A DNA stretch of 64,000 nt, taken from the IMG/VR virus record IMGVR_UViG_3300046808_000578. One strand, 5' to 3'. Position 1 is the stretch's first letter. Each line of letters starts with the position of its first letter. The notes beneath the pieces are model-generated. The model had not been told where the DNA came from. It saw nothing but the letters and a program-made list of their open reading frames with translations, and ran no database searches. This DNA is from an uncultured virus (IMG/VR IMGVR_UViG_3300046808_000578). Taxonomy: Duplodnaviria > Heunggongvirae > Uroviricota > Caudoviricetes. The translations under genes were made by a program, and so were the position numbers. Of this stretch, positions 1 to 8,823 are shown one piece after another.

Positions 1-120
1 CCGGAGCCGGAGCCTACCCCCGAGCCGGAACCTACCCCCGAGCCGGAACCTACCCCCGAGCCGGAACCTACCCCCGTCCTCAGCGAGGACGAAGAGCTCC
101 TCCGGGCTCTCGGATACTGA
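1..120 (+). CDS. 3' end of a hypothetical protein with (PEPEPT)n repeats, truncated by window start
   Basis: Frame 1 reads (PEPEPT)4-PVLSEDEELLRALGY-stop (TGA 118-120); 18-bp tandem repeat. Confidence 0.75.
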   Translation, partial: PEPEPTPEPEPTPEPEPTPEPEPTPVLSEDEELLRALGY

Positions 121-204
121 TCACTGCCCGCTTAACCCTTCTGGGTTGGGCGGGCCCCATCAGTAGCTGAGACAACAACAACAACCAACCAACACAACAA
201 CAAC

Positions 205-1224
205 ATGGAAGACCTGACAGTAACATTCAGAGAGTTGATGGATCTAATGCCCGTGTTTCATCGGGCCAAGAAGGTGATGCACATCGCGGGCCCGCCCGGA
301 GTGGGCAAGTCTGCCGCTCCGGTCCTGTATGCCACAGAGGTGGTGCGGCTCCCACTGGTGGACATCCGCCCCGCCCGTATGAACCCGGTTGACTTGACCG
401 GGCTTCCTCTCCCCGACCGGGAGAAGAATATCACCGTGTGGACTCGCCCTGAAATTATCCTCGACCTACCTGCTGTGTACGTCGTTGAGGAGATTGCCGC
501 TGCTGCTCGCCTCATGCAGGTTGCGCTGCATGAGTTGACTGGTGACCGCAAGATCGGCAAGTACTCCGTACATCCGGACTCCTTGATTGTGACCACTGGT
601 AACCGCCCGGAGGACATGGCTCACGTCGAGAAGATGAGCAGCGCACTACGGAACAGGTTCGTGGTGATCAATCTTCGGGCAGACAACGACTGCTTCGATG
701 CGTACGCCGCACGCAAGGGGTTCCACCCTATGGTTACGGGCTTCCTCAAGTACCGCAAGGAACTGCTGTCTGTCTTCAACGGCAAGACTTGGGACGGGGT
801 CAGCGGGTATCCTTCGCCCCGTTCGTGGGAGCAGGTCAGTGAGCTCATGAACGCTGGCTTGGACAAGCTGCCACTGCCGATGATCAAGCGCACGGTGGCG
901 GGCGCTGTCGGTATGGCCGCAGCGATTGAGTTCTGCGGATACATTGCGGTGCACAGCCGCATCGTTACACCGGAGATGGTCGTGCTCGACCCAACCGGAA
1001 CCAAGGTTCCAGAGGATGGCGTGGAGCTGTGGGCAACCGCATCTGCAGTCTCCCTCGCCATGCACCCCGGCAACGCTACAGCCCTGTTGTCCTACATGAA
1101 GCGACTGCCTGAGGAGTTCCTCATCTTCACGCTCAAGGCAGCGATGGGACGTGACCGCACCCTGCTCACTAACCCGGAGTTCAAGTCGCTGGTTCTCAAG
1201 CATCAAGACCTCTTCAAAAGATAA
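205..1224 (+). CDS. MoxR-like AAA+ ATPase
   Basis: Walker A GPPGVGKS, Walker B-like VVEE, TGN sensor, LRNRF arginine finger, SPRSWE motif; adjacent to a vWA gene. Confidence 0.88.
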   Translation: MEDLTVTFRELMDLMPVFHRAKKVMHIAGPPGVGKSAAPVLYATEVVRLPLVDIRPARMNPVDLTGLPLPDREKNITVWTRPEIILDLPAVYVVEEIAAAARLMQVALHELTGDRKIGKYSVHPDSLIVTTGNRPEDMAHVEKMSSALRNRFVVINLRADNDCFDAYAARKGFHPMVTGFLKYRKELLSVFNGKTWDGVSGYPSPRSWEQVSELMNAGLDKLPLPMIKRTVAGAVGMAAAIEFCGYIAVHSRIVTPEMVVLDPTGTKVPEDGVELWATASAVSLAMHPGNATALLSYMKRLPEEFLIFTLKAAMGRDRTLLTNPEFKSLVLKHQDLFKR

Positions 1225-1225
1225 T

Positions 1226-2698
1226 ATGACCGACACAGAAAACCGTATGGCCCGGACGGCCAAGCAGAAGTTGATGGTGACCTTGGAGCACCCGTTCTTT
1301 GCGAGCGGGTTGTTTGCTCTGCAAATGTTGGAAGACAACTCCCAACCGACGATGTGCACGGACGGGGTACACCTCTGGGTGAACACCGAGTTCGCCAAGA
1401 CTCTGACGGATCAGGAACTGCGCACCGTGTTGGTGCACGAGGTACTACACTGCGGGTTGCAGCATGTGTTCCGGCGGGAGGGACGCGACCCCAAGAAGTG
1501 GAATGTGTCGTGCGACTACGCGGTCAACCTGTTTATCGAGGAGTACTCTTCCAAGAATCGGCACTGCTTCAAGCTTCCTCAAGGTGCGTTGGTAGATAGA
1601 AAGTACAAAGGTAAGTCTGCAGAGGCTATCTACGAACTGCTGGTTAAGGAAGAGCAGCAGCAGAACCAACCGCCGCCACCTCCACCGCCATCCCCGGCTC
1701 CATCCCCGGCTCCATCCCCTCAGGATGAACCCGGCGACAGTGAGCCCGGTGACAGTGAGCCCGGTGACGAAGCCAGCGACAAGCCCGGAGACAGTGAGCC
1801 CGGTGACAGTGAGCCCGGTAACGAGCCCGGTGACAGTGAGCCCGGTAACGAGCCCGGTGACGAGCCCGGCGACAAGCCCGGCGAAGCCAGCGACGAGCCC
1901 GGTGACGAAGCCAGCGACAAGCCCGGCGACGAGCCCGGTGACGAAGCCAGCGACAAGCCCGGCGACAAGCCCGGCGACAAGCCCGGTGATGAGTACAAGA
2001 AGACCACCACTGGGTACTTCGTGGATGCCCCAGATAAGGCCCCCGAGAATCAGGACGATCCGGTATCCTTGTCTGAGCAGTGGTCGCAATTGTTTGCTGA
2101 AGCCTGTGCGTCAAGTAAGCCCGGCATGGAAGCGGGTCTGGCCAAGCGCATGATCGAGCAAGCTACTACCAGCACTGTACCGTGGCAGCAAATCCTGCAG
2201 CGGTTTGTGTCGGTGAGAGCGATGACCGACTACACCTATGCCCGGCCCGACTACCGTACACACGGATTCGATTTCGTGTTGCCGGGGTTGGACGACGAGA
2301 CTGCCGGAGAGATGGTCTTCGCCATCGACACCAGCGGTTCTGTGTCCAATCGGATGGTGTCGCAGTTCTGTGCTGAAGCGCAGTCTGCAATGGAGCATGT
2401 GCGGCCTAAGACGCTGCACTTGGTGTACTTCGACGCTGTAGTGCAGAAGGCGCAAGAGTTCAGCCCCGGCGATGTGATCACCCCGGACCCTGTCGGTGGT
2501 GGCGGCACTGACTTCCGCCCTGTGTTCAAGTGGATCGAGGAGAAGCGGATCACTCCGTTGTGTGTGATCGTGCTCACCGACATGGAGGGCATCTTCCCTC
2601 CCGAGGACCCCGGGGTTCCCACACTGTGGTGCACCTACGGATTACGAAAGACCGCCCCGTTCGGGGAAGTGGTGGAGATCAGTTGTGTCAGTTATTGA
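1226..2698 (+). CDS. HEXXH metallopeptidase-like N-terminus plus vWA domain (DUF2201-type MoxR partner)
   Basis: CTDG...HEVLH motif, acidic low-complexity linker, MIDAS DTSGS...GGGT...TD; ATG at 1226. Confidence 0.88.
   Translation: MTDTENRMARTAKQKLMVTLEHPFFASGLFALQMLEDNSQPTMCTDGVHLWVNTEFAKTLTDQELRTVLVHEVLHCGLQHVFRREGRDPKKWNVSCDYAVNLFIEEYSSKNRHCFKLPQGALVDRKYKGKSAEAIYELLVKEEQQQNQPPPPPPPSPAPSPAPSPQDEPGDSEPGDSEPGDEASDKPGDSEPGDSEPGNEPGDSEPGNEPGDEPGDKPGEASDEPGDEASDKPGDEPGDEASDKPGDKPGDKPGDEYKKTTTGYFVDAPDKAPENQDDPVSLSEQWSQLFAEACASSKPGMEAGLAKRMIEQATTSTVPWQQILQRFVSVRAMTDYTYARPDYRTHGFDFVLPGLDDETAGEMVFAIDTSGSVSNRMVSQFCAEAQSAMEHVRPKTLHLVYFDAVVQKAQEFSPGDVITPDPVGGGGTDFRPVFKWIEEKRITPLCVIVLTDMEGIFPPEDPGVPTLWCTYGLRKTAPFGEVVEISCVSY
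1726..1990 (+). repeat. Coding tandem repeats (EPGD/KPGD/SEPGD units) in the vWA protein linker
   Basis: Many imperfect 12-15 bp units built on (g/a)agcccgg(c/t)gac. Confidence 0.9.
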
Positions 2699-2706
2699 TA
2701 ACCAAA

Positions 2707-3033
2707 ATGGAAAACAAAATGGAAAACAAAATGGAAAACAAAACGAAAGTAATGGCACCCTGCATTAGCTACGGGTTCCTGTACGAGTATAAGGGCGACG
2801 GAAAAAAGCTGTACCCCACAGACAGGCCCGACATTGCGCTAGAGATTGTGCGGAATGAGGCTGGGAACGCCAATGTTTGGATTCATGCGAGGCTATACCA
2901 GCGCAAACTTTTGAGGGTTACACAGGGATTCAGCAAAGAGTTCACGGATTCTGAGATCCTGAAACACCGTTATGTAACTGAAGCCCTGATTAAATGCTAC
3001 GGCCCGGCTGTCTGCCCATGCTGCGGACGGTAG
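2707..3033 (+). CDS. hypothetical protein; start lies in a 12-bp x3 repeat (ATGGAAAACAAA)
   Basis: In-frame ATGs at 2707, 2719, 2731; follows the vWA gene stop. Confidence 0.6.
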   Translation: MENKMENKMENKTKVMAPCISYGFLYEYKGDGKKLYPTDRPDIALEIVRNEAGNANVWIHARLYQRKLLRVTQGFSKEFTDSEILKHRYVTEALIKCYGPAVCPCCGR

Positions 3034-3052
3034 TACAAATCGTTAAAACACT

Positions 3053-3394
3053 ATGAGAACTACAAACGAAAAAGACGACCTCAGAAACCCGTTCACACAC
3101 CCTCCGCTTGGGTTCATTGCCTGCGATATTATTCGCACGTTTCTGGTAACACACGACCTCATCTACACAGGTGGGTGCCGTGCGTTTTACACTCCCCACG
3201 AATGGCAGAACCGAGGGGAGAAGGGAGGAGCAGGAGCCGAGCTCATCATTGCCCATGATGGCGGAGACCTGTCTTACCTGCTCAGGGAACCCAAACTCCA
3301 CCATTTGCTTAGCAGCCTCACCGATAGCCTTGAGAAAGCCGGGCTTTACTTAGAGCCCATCAATAGTTGGTCAACCGCAGTTTACAGAATCTAA
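3053..3394 (+). CDS. hypothetical phage protein
   Basis: Tightly packed ORF in + strand operon. Confidence 0.65.
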   Translation: MRTTNEKDDLRNPFTHPPLGFIACDIIRTFLVTHDLIYTGGCRAFYTPHEWQNRGEKGGAGAELIIAHDGGDLSYLLREPKLHHLLSSLTDSLEKAGLYLEPINSWSTAVYRI

Positions 3395-3397
3395 CCT

Positions 3398-3694
3398 ATG
3401 ATTATTACACCTACATACAGTCTGAATTTGCAGGATGCCTATCAGATACTGAACCGCTCCGAGGCGGTGATAGTGGAACGTGAGTTCCTCTCCCGGATAT
3501 ACCTATCCCCTCTTACTGGGGATTCAACCACCGCGTTCCTCGTTGTGATGGGACATGGGAGTGACGGGGAAGAATATTGTTTCGAGTTCACGGAAGAAGA
3601 CAACCAAGTGTGCCGTGTGGAGGGCACTGGTGTGGTACTGCGGGCCACATCGGGAGCTGAAGTCGAGTTAGTCCCCCTCTGCATGGCCCTCTAA
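3398..3694 (+). CDS. hypothetical phage protein
   Basis: Starts 3 nt after previous stop. Confidence 0.6.
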   Translation: MIITPTYSLNLQDAYQILNRSEAVIVEREFLSRIYLSPLTGDSTTAFLVVMGHGSDGEEYCFEFTEEDNQVCRVEGTGVVLRATSGAEVELVPLCMAL

Positions 3695-3818
3695 ACCCTA
3701 CACGCACCACCAAGCTGGAAGTGGTCTGAGAGTGTAGCCCCCGTGCCCTGCAATGCCTATCCGGGTTGCAGGGTATCGGGCTGTATTCAAGACAGCGACA
3801 AACAACAACACACCAAGT

Positions 3819-4535
3819 ATGAAACGCCAACACATCATCGGAGTCTCGTCAGCAAAAACGGAAAAGGGAGAAGCCCTCGGGTACCTCACAGGTATCTGCT
3901 ACCTCTCGCCTGAGAAGACGGCAGAAATCCCCGGGCTCAACGTCTGCCCATGGGCAGGCAACTGCAAAGCTGTGTGCCTCAACACGGCAGGGCGCGGGGC
4001 TTTCTCCTCCGTGCAAAAAGGACGCCGCAGAAAGACGTCGCTGTGGGCCACCGACAAGGAAGAGTTCCTCCGGAACGCTGCGCTCGACATCAAGTCCATC
4101 GTCCGCAAGGCAAAGCGGGAGGGCCTGAAGCCCTGCATCAGGATGGACGGAACCTCGGACATCGGCATCGCCTTGACCCGTGGCAAGGATGGCAAGCGTC
4201 TCGTCGATATGTTCCCGGACGTGCAGTTCTACGACTACACCAAATCGTTTGCCCGGATGATCAGGTTCCTTACCGGGACGCTGCCGAAAAACTACCATCT
4301 CACGTTCTCCCACGACGGGGTGACCAACTACAGCGATTGTAAAACCGTGTTGGCGATGGGTGGAAACGTGGCGGTCGTCTTCCGCAAGAAGATCCCCACC
4401 GAATGGGCTGTGACACAGGTCATTGACGGGGACGCCTCCGACCTGCGGTTCCTTGATCCTCAAGGCGGCTACTTCGTCGGCCTCAAGGCCAAGGGCAAAG
4501 CCAAGAAGGACATCTCTGGTTTTGTTGTTGGTTGA
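3819..4535 (+). CDS. GP88-like protein (radical-SAM-like Cys motif)
   Basis: CPWAGNCKAVCLNTAGRG, IRMDGTSD, VQFYDYTK, NYHLTFS, DGDASDLRFLD motifs; C/A-rich leader before ATG 3819. Confidence 0.8.
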   Translation: MKRQHIIGVSSAKTEKGEALGYLTGICYLSPEKTAEIPGLNVCPWAGNCKAVCLNTAGRGAFSSVQKGRRRKTSLWATDKEEFLRNAALDIKSIVRKAKREGLKPCIRMDGTSDIGIALTRGKDGKRLVDMFPDVQFYDYTKSFARMIRFLTGTLPKNYHLTFSHDGVTNYSDCKTVLAMGGNVAVVFRKKIPTEWAVTQVIDGDASDLRFLDPQGGYFVGLKAKGKAKKDISGFVVG

Positions 4536-4796
4536 CGTGTTGTAGTAACATGAATGCAGACAACATCCGCATCCCTGAAGGGGTGTATCACTACACGAGT
4601 TTCGGAAAGAAAGGGCTACAGCTACTTAGAGACGTTAACGGGTATGCATATACCACCGCCGAGGGGTGGTTAAAAGCTACCGTGGATATGGACGACGAGA
4701 TGGACGAGGAGCTCGCCATCAAGCTTGCAATCCAAACCGAAAACGATATTCGTGAAATCGTAGCTCAACGCATACAACAAAAGAATAATAAATAAT

Positions 4797-5111
4797 ATGT
4801 ACGTATCAATCAACGGTGAACCATTTTCGGAAGTCGCCTCACTCCACAAAACATTCATCCCTGAACCCCTGCTACCCGGTGAAGATGAATGCCTGATCGC
4901 TCTGCTACCGCTACCTACTGACACTGTTGTGCTTACCGCTGTGGATGACGACGAGGTGGAGCACATTCTCCGCTGTGCTACAGCCCGTGGCGTTGCCCAC
5001 GACGACATCGACTGGTGCGTGGTGGATCGGGAGCACATGGAGGACATCATCATGGCGCATCTGCGTGCGTATCGTGGAGAGGAACTCGATCGTGTCTTAG
5101 AGCAACTCTAA
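4797..5111 (+). CDS. hypothetical acidic protein
   Basis: ORF in packed + strand operon. Confidence 0.6.
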   Translation: MYVSINGEPFSEVASLHKTFIPEPLLPGEDECLIALLPLPTDTVVLTAVDDDEVEHILRCATARGVAHDDIDWCVVDREHMEDIIMAHLRAYRGEELDRVLEQL

Positions 5112-5121
5112 TAACAAACAC

Positions 5122-5610
5122 ATGGAAAAACTGAAGGTCTACGTGTACCCAGACTGGCTCTATTCTACCCGCACGGACGTCAGCAAGAAGCTTCTAACCT
5201 CGTGCCGTAGTCGTGCACACGCGGGTACATTCGCCAACGCTATGCAGCACTGGGCACTGGATGAGTTGAAGTCTCACCTCGTAGCGTGTCCACCAATCGC
5301 CGACACCTACGCTGAACTTCTAAACCACATACTGGTACCACCGAAAGCTCCGTTCCGTGGCCGGGGTTACGAGCGCATCGAGCTCCATGCCAGATCCGAT
5401 TGGGAAGTTTACTGGGCGGGCTACTCAGACTGGCAGGCTTTTCAAAAAGTAATGGGACTCATGACGGAGCTTAAGCACATCGAACCTGAGGATAAGACCG
5501 ATAAGAAAAACAAGACGAAGTCCAATCTCGTTGTCATGAGCCCGGCTGCGTACATCATGCTCAATCGGTTTCGTTCAGACTTTGAGGCGTTCGCGTTGTT
5601 CGCTTCTTAA
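5122..5610 (+). CDS. hypothetical protein
   Basis: 162 aa ORF preceded by ACAAACAC leader. Confidence 0.65.
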   Translation: MEKLKVYVYPDWLYSTRTDVSKKLLTSCRSRAHAGTFANAMQHWALDELKSHLVACPPIADTYAELLNHILVPPKAPFRGRGYERIELHARSDWEVYWAGYSDWQAFQKVMGLMTELKHIEPEDKTDKKNKTKSNLVVMSPAAYIMLNRFRSDFEAFALFAS

Positions 5611-5838
5611 ATCCTTGAACCCTGAAGCCCTGACGCTAGGACTAAAGGTATATGGCAAGGGATCCAAAGCTACACGAGAAACATGTAGAGCGAATCAAGG
5701 ACGAGGTATCTGGGATATCCGAACGAGAGTCTGCGTGGTGGAAGCATACCCAGAACCTTTGTTCCTCGGTTAGCCGTGCCTGCGACAAGTGGTTCGAGCG
5801 ACGGGGATTCCCACGGTTAGAGTTTAACTGCTACGAAT

Positions 5839-6015
5839 ATGAAACTGATAAACCAGACACAGACCAAACGATTTCTGATTGAGTACGCAAAAGCAAATCG
5901 ACATCACGGATACACACAAGTCTCAAAAGAAACCTTGCAACAAGCCGAGTATGCGCTAATCAGATGGCTTCAGAAACATGTTATGTCCAGCCCTTCAAAG
6001 GGGAAGACGTTGTGA
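5839..6015 (+). CDS. 58-aa basic protein, possible truncated histone fold (not in ORF track)
   Basis: Hand translation MKLINQTQTKRFLIEYAKANRHHGYTQVSKETLQQAEYALIRWLQKHVMSSPSKGKTL; fills the gap between neighbouring ORFs. Confidence 0.6.
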   Translation: MKLINQTQTKRFLIEYAKANRHHGYTQVSKETLQQAEYALIRWLQKHVMSSPSKGKTL

Positions 6016-6372
6016 AATGAAAAACACTCTGGTTCTCACGTTCCCATCCAAAGAAAAGTACGAGCAAGCCAAGGCGATCATCGCCCGTATCAAGAGCGGC
6101 GATCCTTCGTATCGCTTACCCGGCCAAGCTCTGGCGTTGCTTTCAAACGCCGACATCCAAACTCATGACAAACCTACAAGTCCAAATCCTTCAGCAAGTT
6201 GACGAGTTGATGAGTGAGCACTTCGATGCTTACCAACTATCCGCTCAGATCACAGACGTGCACCACACGAAACCGGGTGACGGGTACCTACATCAATCCA
6301 ACGGTAGTATGGCTACCATCATGGGTCTGCTCGATATGCACAAGATCCACGTTGCCCACTCCTACGCATCGG

Positions 6373-6672
6373 ATGACGAGTAAGCCCCACCACCTCACCC
6401 TGTGTCTTACCACTGGGGCGTGGATATGTTCTTGCCATCAGTGGGAGTACCGTCCTAGGAGCGGGAATTACTCCATCGAAAAACGAAACCTCGCGCACAA
6501 GCGCCACAAGCAACGCTTCGATCTTCGCAAAGACTGGCGCGTGCCCGGAGTTGGGTCGCTGTTTAAATGCCCGCAGTGCGGGAAGCAGGTCATCAAGAAT
6601 CGCCGGGAACACAAGTTCTGCTCCCGTCAGTGCGCCGCCCGTCACCGTTACGGGTGGTCAATTTCAAAATAA
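6373..6672 (+). CDS. putative zinc-binding protein
   Basis: CSCH and CPQC...CSRQC motifs. Confidence 0.55.
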   Translation: MTSKPHHLTLCLTTGAWICSCHQWEYRPRSGNYSIEKRNLAHKRHKQRFDLRKDWRVPGVGSLFKCPQCGKQVIKNRREHKFCSRQCAARHRYGWSISK

Positions 6673-6678
6673 ACAAAA

Positions 6679-6954
6679 ATGAAAATCGTAATTAACACAT
6701 GTTATGGGGGGTTTAGTCTGTCCCCAAAAGCATCACAGCGATACAAGGAACGGACAGGGAAAACCATTGGGGCGTACCCAGACATTGAGCGAAACGACCC
6801 AGACCTCGTCGCGATGGTGGAAGAGTTGGGGGATAGAGCGTGCGGATCTTGGTCGCGTCTGGAGGTGGTGGACGTCCCTGACGACGTTGATTGGTACATC
6901 GAAGAGTACGATGGTAAGGAACATGTGGCCGAGCAACACCGTCGATGGAGTTAA
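6679..6954 (+). CDS. conserved phage hypothetical protein
   Basis: MKIVINTCYGGFSLS...RNDPDLV...IEEYDGKE pattern common in phages. Confidence 0.8.
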   Translation: MKIVINTCYGGFSLSPKASQRYKERTGKTIGAYPDIERNDPDLVAMVEELGDRACGSWSRLEVVDVPDDVDWYIEEYDGKEHVAEQHRRWS

Positions 6955-7050
6955 TTTCTAGCGGATTCCTGCTAGACCCCCTTAGAAATTGGTAGATTTG
7001 CAGTCAGGTAAACCCGAGGCATCATGAGCCTCAGAACAACAAAACCAAAA

Positions 7051-7350
7051 ATGAACAACATGAACAGCGTAACAATAAATGGAGTAGAGTATCTGCCGAA
7101 GTCAGAAGTCAAAGAAATCGGAGAGGTCCGAATCATTGTCGCTGACCGAGGCTGGGTCTTCGTTGGAGCCTGCACAGACAACGAGGATGGCAGCGTAACA
7201 ATCAAGAACGCCAAGAATATTCGACGCTGGGGTACCACAAAGGGGCTTGGCGAGTTGGCGGCTGGCCCCACCAAGGACACTGTTGCCGACCACTATGGCA
7301 CAGTTCGCACCACTCCAATCGTAACCATCGCTGTTGAGCGGGGTTGGTAG
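7051..7350 (+). CDS. conserved phage protein (DUF6948-like)
   Basis: IIVADRGWVFVG...NAKNIRRWGTTKGLGELA pattern; followed by Gly-Asp/Tyr-rich ORFs. Confidence 0.7.
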   Translation: MNNMNSVTINGVEYLPKSEVKEIGEVRIIVADRGWVFVGACTDNEDGSVTIKNAKNIRRWGTTKGLGELAAGPTKDTVADHYGTVRTTPIVTIAVERGW

Positions 7351-7364
7351 AAGATGACCATGAC

Positions 7365-7397
7365 AAGCCCTCTCCCAATTTCGGGAGGGGGCTTTTT
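7365..7397 (+). terminator. Rho-independent terminator
   Basis: AAGCCCTCTCCC-AATTTC-GGGAGGGGGCTT stem-loop with T tract. Confidence 0.8.
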
Positions 7398-7407
7398 GGG
7401 TTACAAT

Positions 7408-7530
7408 ATGACTATCAATCTGACTGAGAAGAATGGGTATGGGTATGAGAATGGGGATGGTGGATATGGGTTTGGGTATGGGAATGTATATTGGAATGGA
7501 TATGGGGATGGGGATGTGTATGAACGATGA
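7408..7530 (+). CDS. 40-aa Gly/Tyr/Asn-rich peptide (not in ORF track)
   Basis: MTINLTEKNGYGYENGDGGYGFGYGNVYWNGYGDGDVYER. Confidence 0.5.
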   Translation: MTINLTEKNGYGYENGDGGYGFGYGNVYWNGYGDGDVYER

Positions 7531-7681
7531 TGGAGACGGCTACAACGGGGCGGAAGGAGATGGCATCGGTGACGGTTACTGGTGCGGTGATGGTGATGGA
7601 TCTGGAGAGGGGTTCGGTTGGGGTGTCGGTGCGGGAGACGGAGATCGATTCGGAGACGGATGTAATGAAAATGCAAACTAA
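7520..7681 (+). CDS. Gly/Asp-rich low-complexity peptide
   Basis: MNDDGDGYNGAEGDGIGDGYWCGDGDG...; overlaps previous peptide ORF. Confidence 0.5.
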   Translation: MNDDGDGYNGAEGDGIGDGYWCGDGDGSGEGFGWGVGAGDGDRFGDGCNENAN

Positions 7682-7694
7682 GCAGAATTAATAT

Positions 7695-8237
7695 ATGAAC
7701 AAAACAAAATACAACATGGAACAGCTAGAAGCCCTAGTAGTCAACTGGGCGAAAGAACGGAAGATCATTCCGAATGCCACGTCGGAAAGTCAGTTGCTCA
7801 AAGCGGTGTCTGAGATGGGCGAACTGGCGGACGCTACCCTGAAAGGGCAGGACGCGGAGATGCAGGATGCAATCGGAGATGTGGTCGTCTGCTTGATCAA
7901 CCTGTGCGCCCTATACGAAGGGTGGGCTTTCTATACCTACGTATACATGCTCAATTCACTGGATTACGAATGGAGATCGCACCTGCGTTTCTCCACCCCC
8001 GGCGCTCAAGTAACCGCAGCGGTCAGCGAAATGGGTAAGGTTGCGGGCTACCACGTGAACGGTTTGTACATGGGTATGGTTGATCCAATCGGAGACGTCA
8101 CTGTTTGCCTACACAATTTGTGTATCCTGAAAGGGTGGACGTTGGAGGAATGCGTGGAGAAAGCATGGGAGCAGATCAAGGACAGGAAAGGGACGTTGCT
8201 TGAAAACGGGTGCTTTGTGAAGGAGGAAGCGAAATGA
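7695..8237 (+). CDS. MazG-like all-alpha NTP pyrophosphohydrolase with internal duplication
   Basis: KAVSEMGELAD...DAIGDVVVCL, then AAVSEMGKVA...DPIGDVTVCL; C-terminal IKDRKG...FVKE. Confidence 0.8.
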   Translation: MNKTKYNMEQLEALVVNWAKERKIIPNATSESQLLKAVSEMGELADATLKGQDAEMQDAIGDVVVCLINLCALYEGWAFYTYVYMLNSLDYEWRSHLRFSTPGAQVTAAVSEMGKVAGYHVNGLYMGMVDPIGDVTVCLHNLCILKGWTLEECVEKAWEQIKDRKGTLLENGCFVKEEAK

Positions 8238-8506
8238 GTGACGACGAAATCAACAAAGCGATTAACGAAGCGTGTGGATGGGATCACAATCCTGTTAACT
8301 GTGGAGGTTCGGATTTTTGTTCAGACCTCAATGCAATGCATGAGGCGGAGAAGTTTTTGTTTCGTGAAAAAATGGCTCACCGTTATTTTTTGTTTTTAAC
8401 AGATTTCTGGAGAGGCAATAAATCAAATTACTGCTTCCATTCAACCGCACGCCAACGTGCAGAGGCGTTTTTAAGGACACTGGGAAAATGGGAGGAGGCG
8501 AAATGA
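8234..8506 (+). CDS. phage ABA-sandwich/BC1872-like protein, paralog 1
   Basis: DDEINKAI...DLNAMHEAE...STARQRAEAFLRT; ATGA overlap with GGAGG upstream. Confidence 0.7.
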   Translation: MSDDEINKAINEACGWDHNPVNCGGSDFCSDLNAMHEAEKFLFREKMAHRYFLFLTDFWRGNKSNYCFHSTARQRAEAFLRTLGKWEEAK

Positions 8507-8823
8507 CTGACGAGGAAATAAACGAAGCGATTGCTGAGATTTGTGGAATTTGTCACTCAGACAAGCACGGTCTTCTATACAAAACAAATACAGGCTGGGT
8601 GCGTGACTGCCCTGATTACTGCAATGACCTAAACGCAATGCACGAGGTTGAGGAGCAAATGGACGAAATAGACTGGGTGTTTTTTATGAATGAGTTGTCA
8701 ACTTTGGTTCGATTACCAAAACAGGCTGAAGTGCAAATTAAACAATTTGTTCACTCCACCGCACGTCAACGCGCAGAGGCTTTTTTGCGAACTATTGGAA
8801 AATGGAAGGAGGAAGCGAAATGA
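8503..8823 (+). CDS. phage ABA-sandwich/BC1872-like protein, paralog 2
   Basis: DEEINEAI...PDYCNDLNAMHEVE...STARQRAEAFLRT. Confidence 0.7.
   Translation: MTDEEINEAIAEICGICHSDKHGLLYKTNTGWVRDCPDYCNDLNAMHEVEEQMDEIDWVFFMNELSTLVRLPKQAEVQIKQFVHSTARQRAEAFLRTIGKWKEEAK

Noticed and set aside
1726..1990. CRISPR-like array
   Set aside because: Contiguous in-frame coding repeats with no unique spacers; no cas operon (the Cas4-like domain belongs to the phage replication module)
2707..2742. 12-bp x3 repeat as a phase-variation switch
   Set aside because: Unit length is a multiple of three and only duplicates the start region, so frame is unaffected
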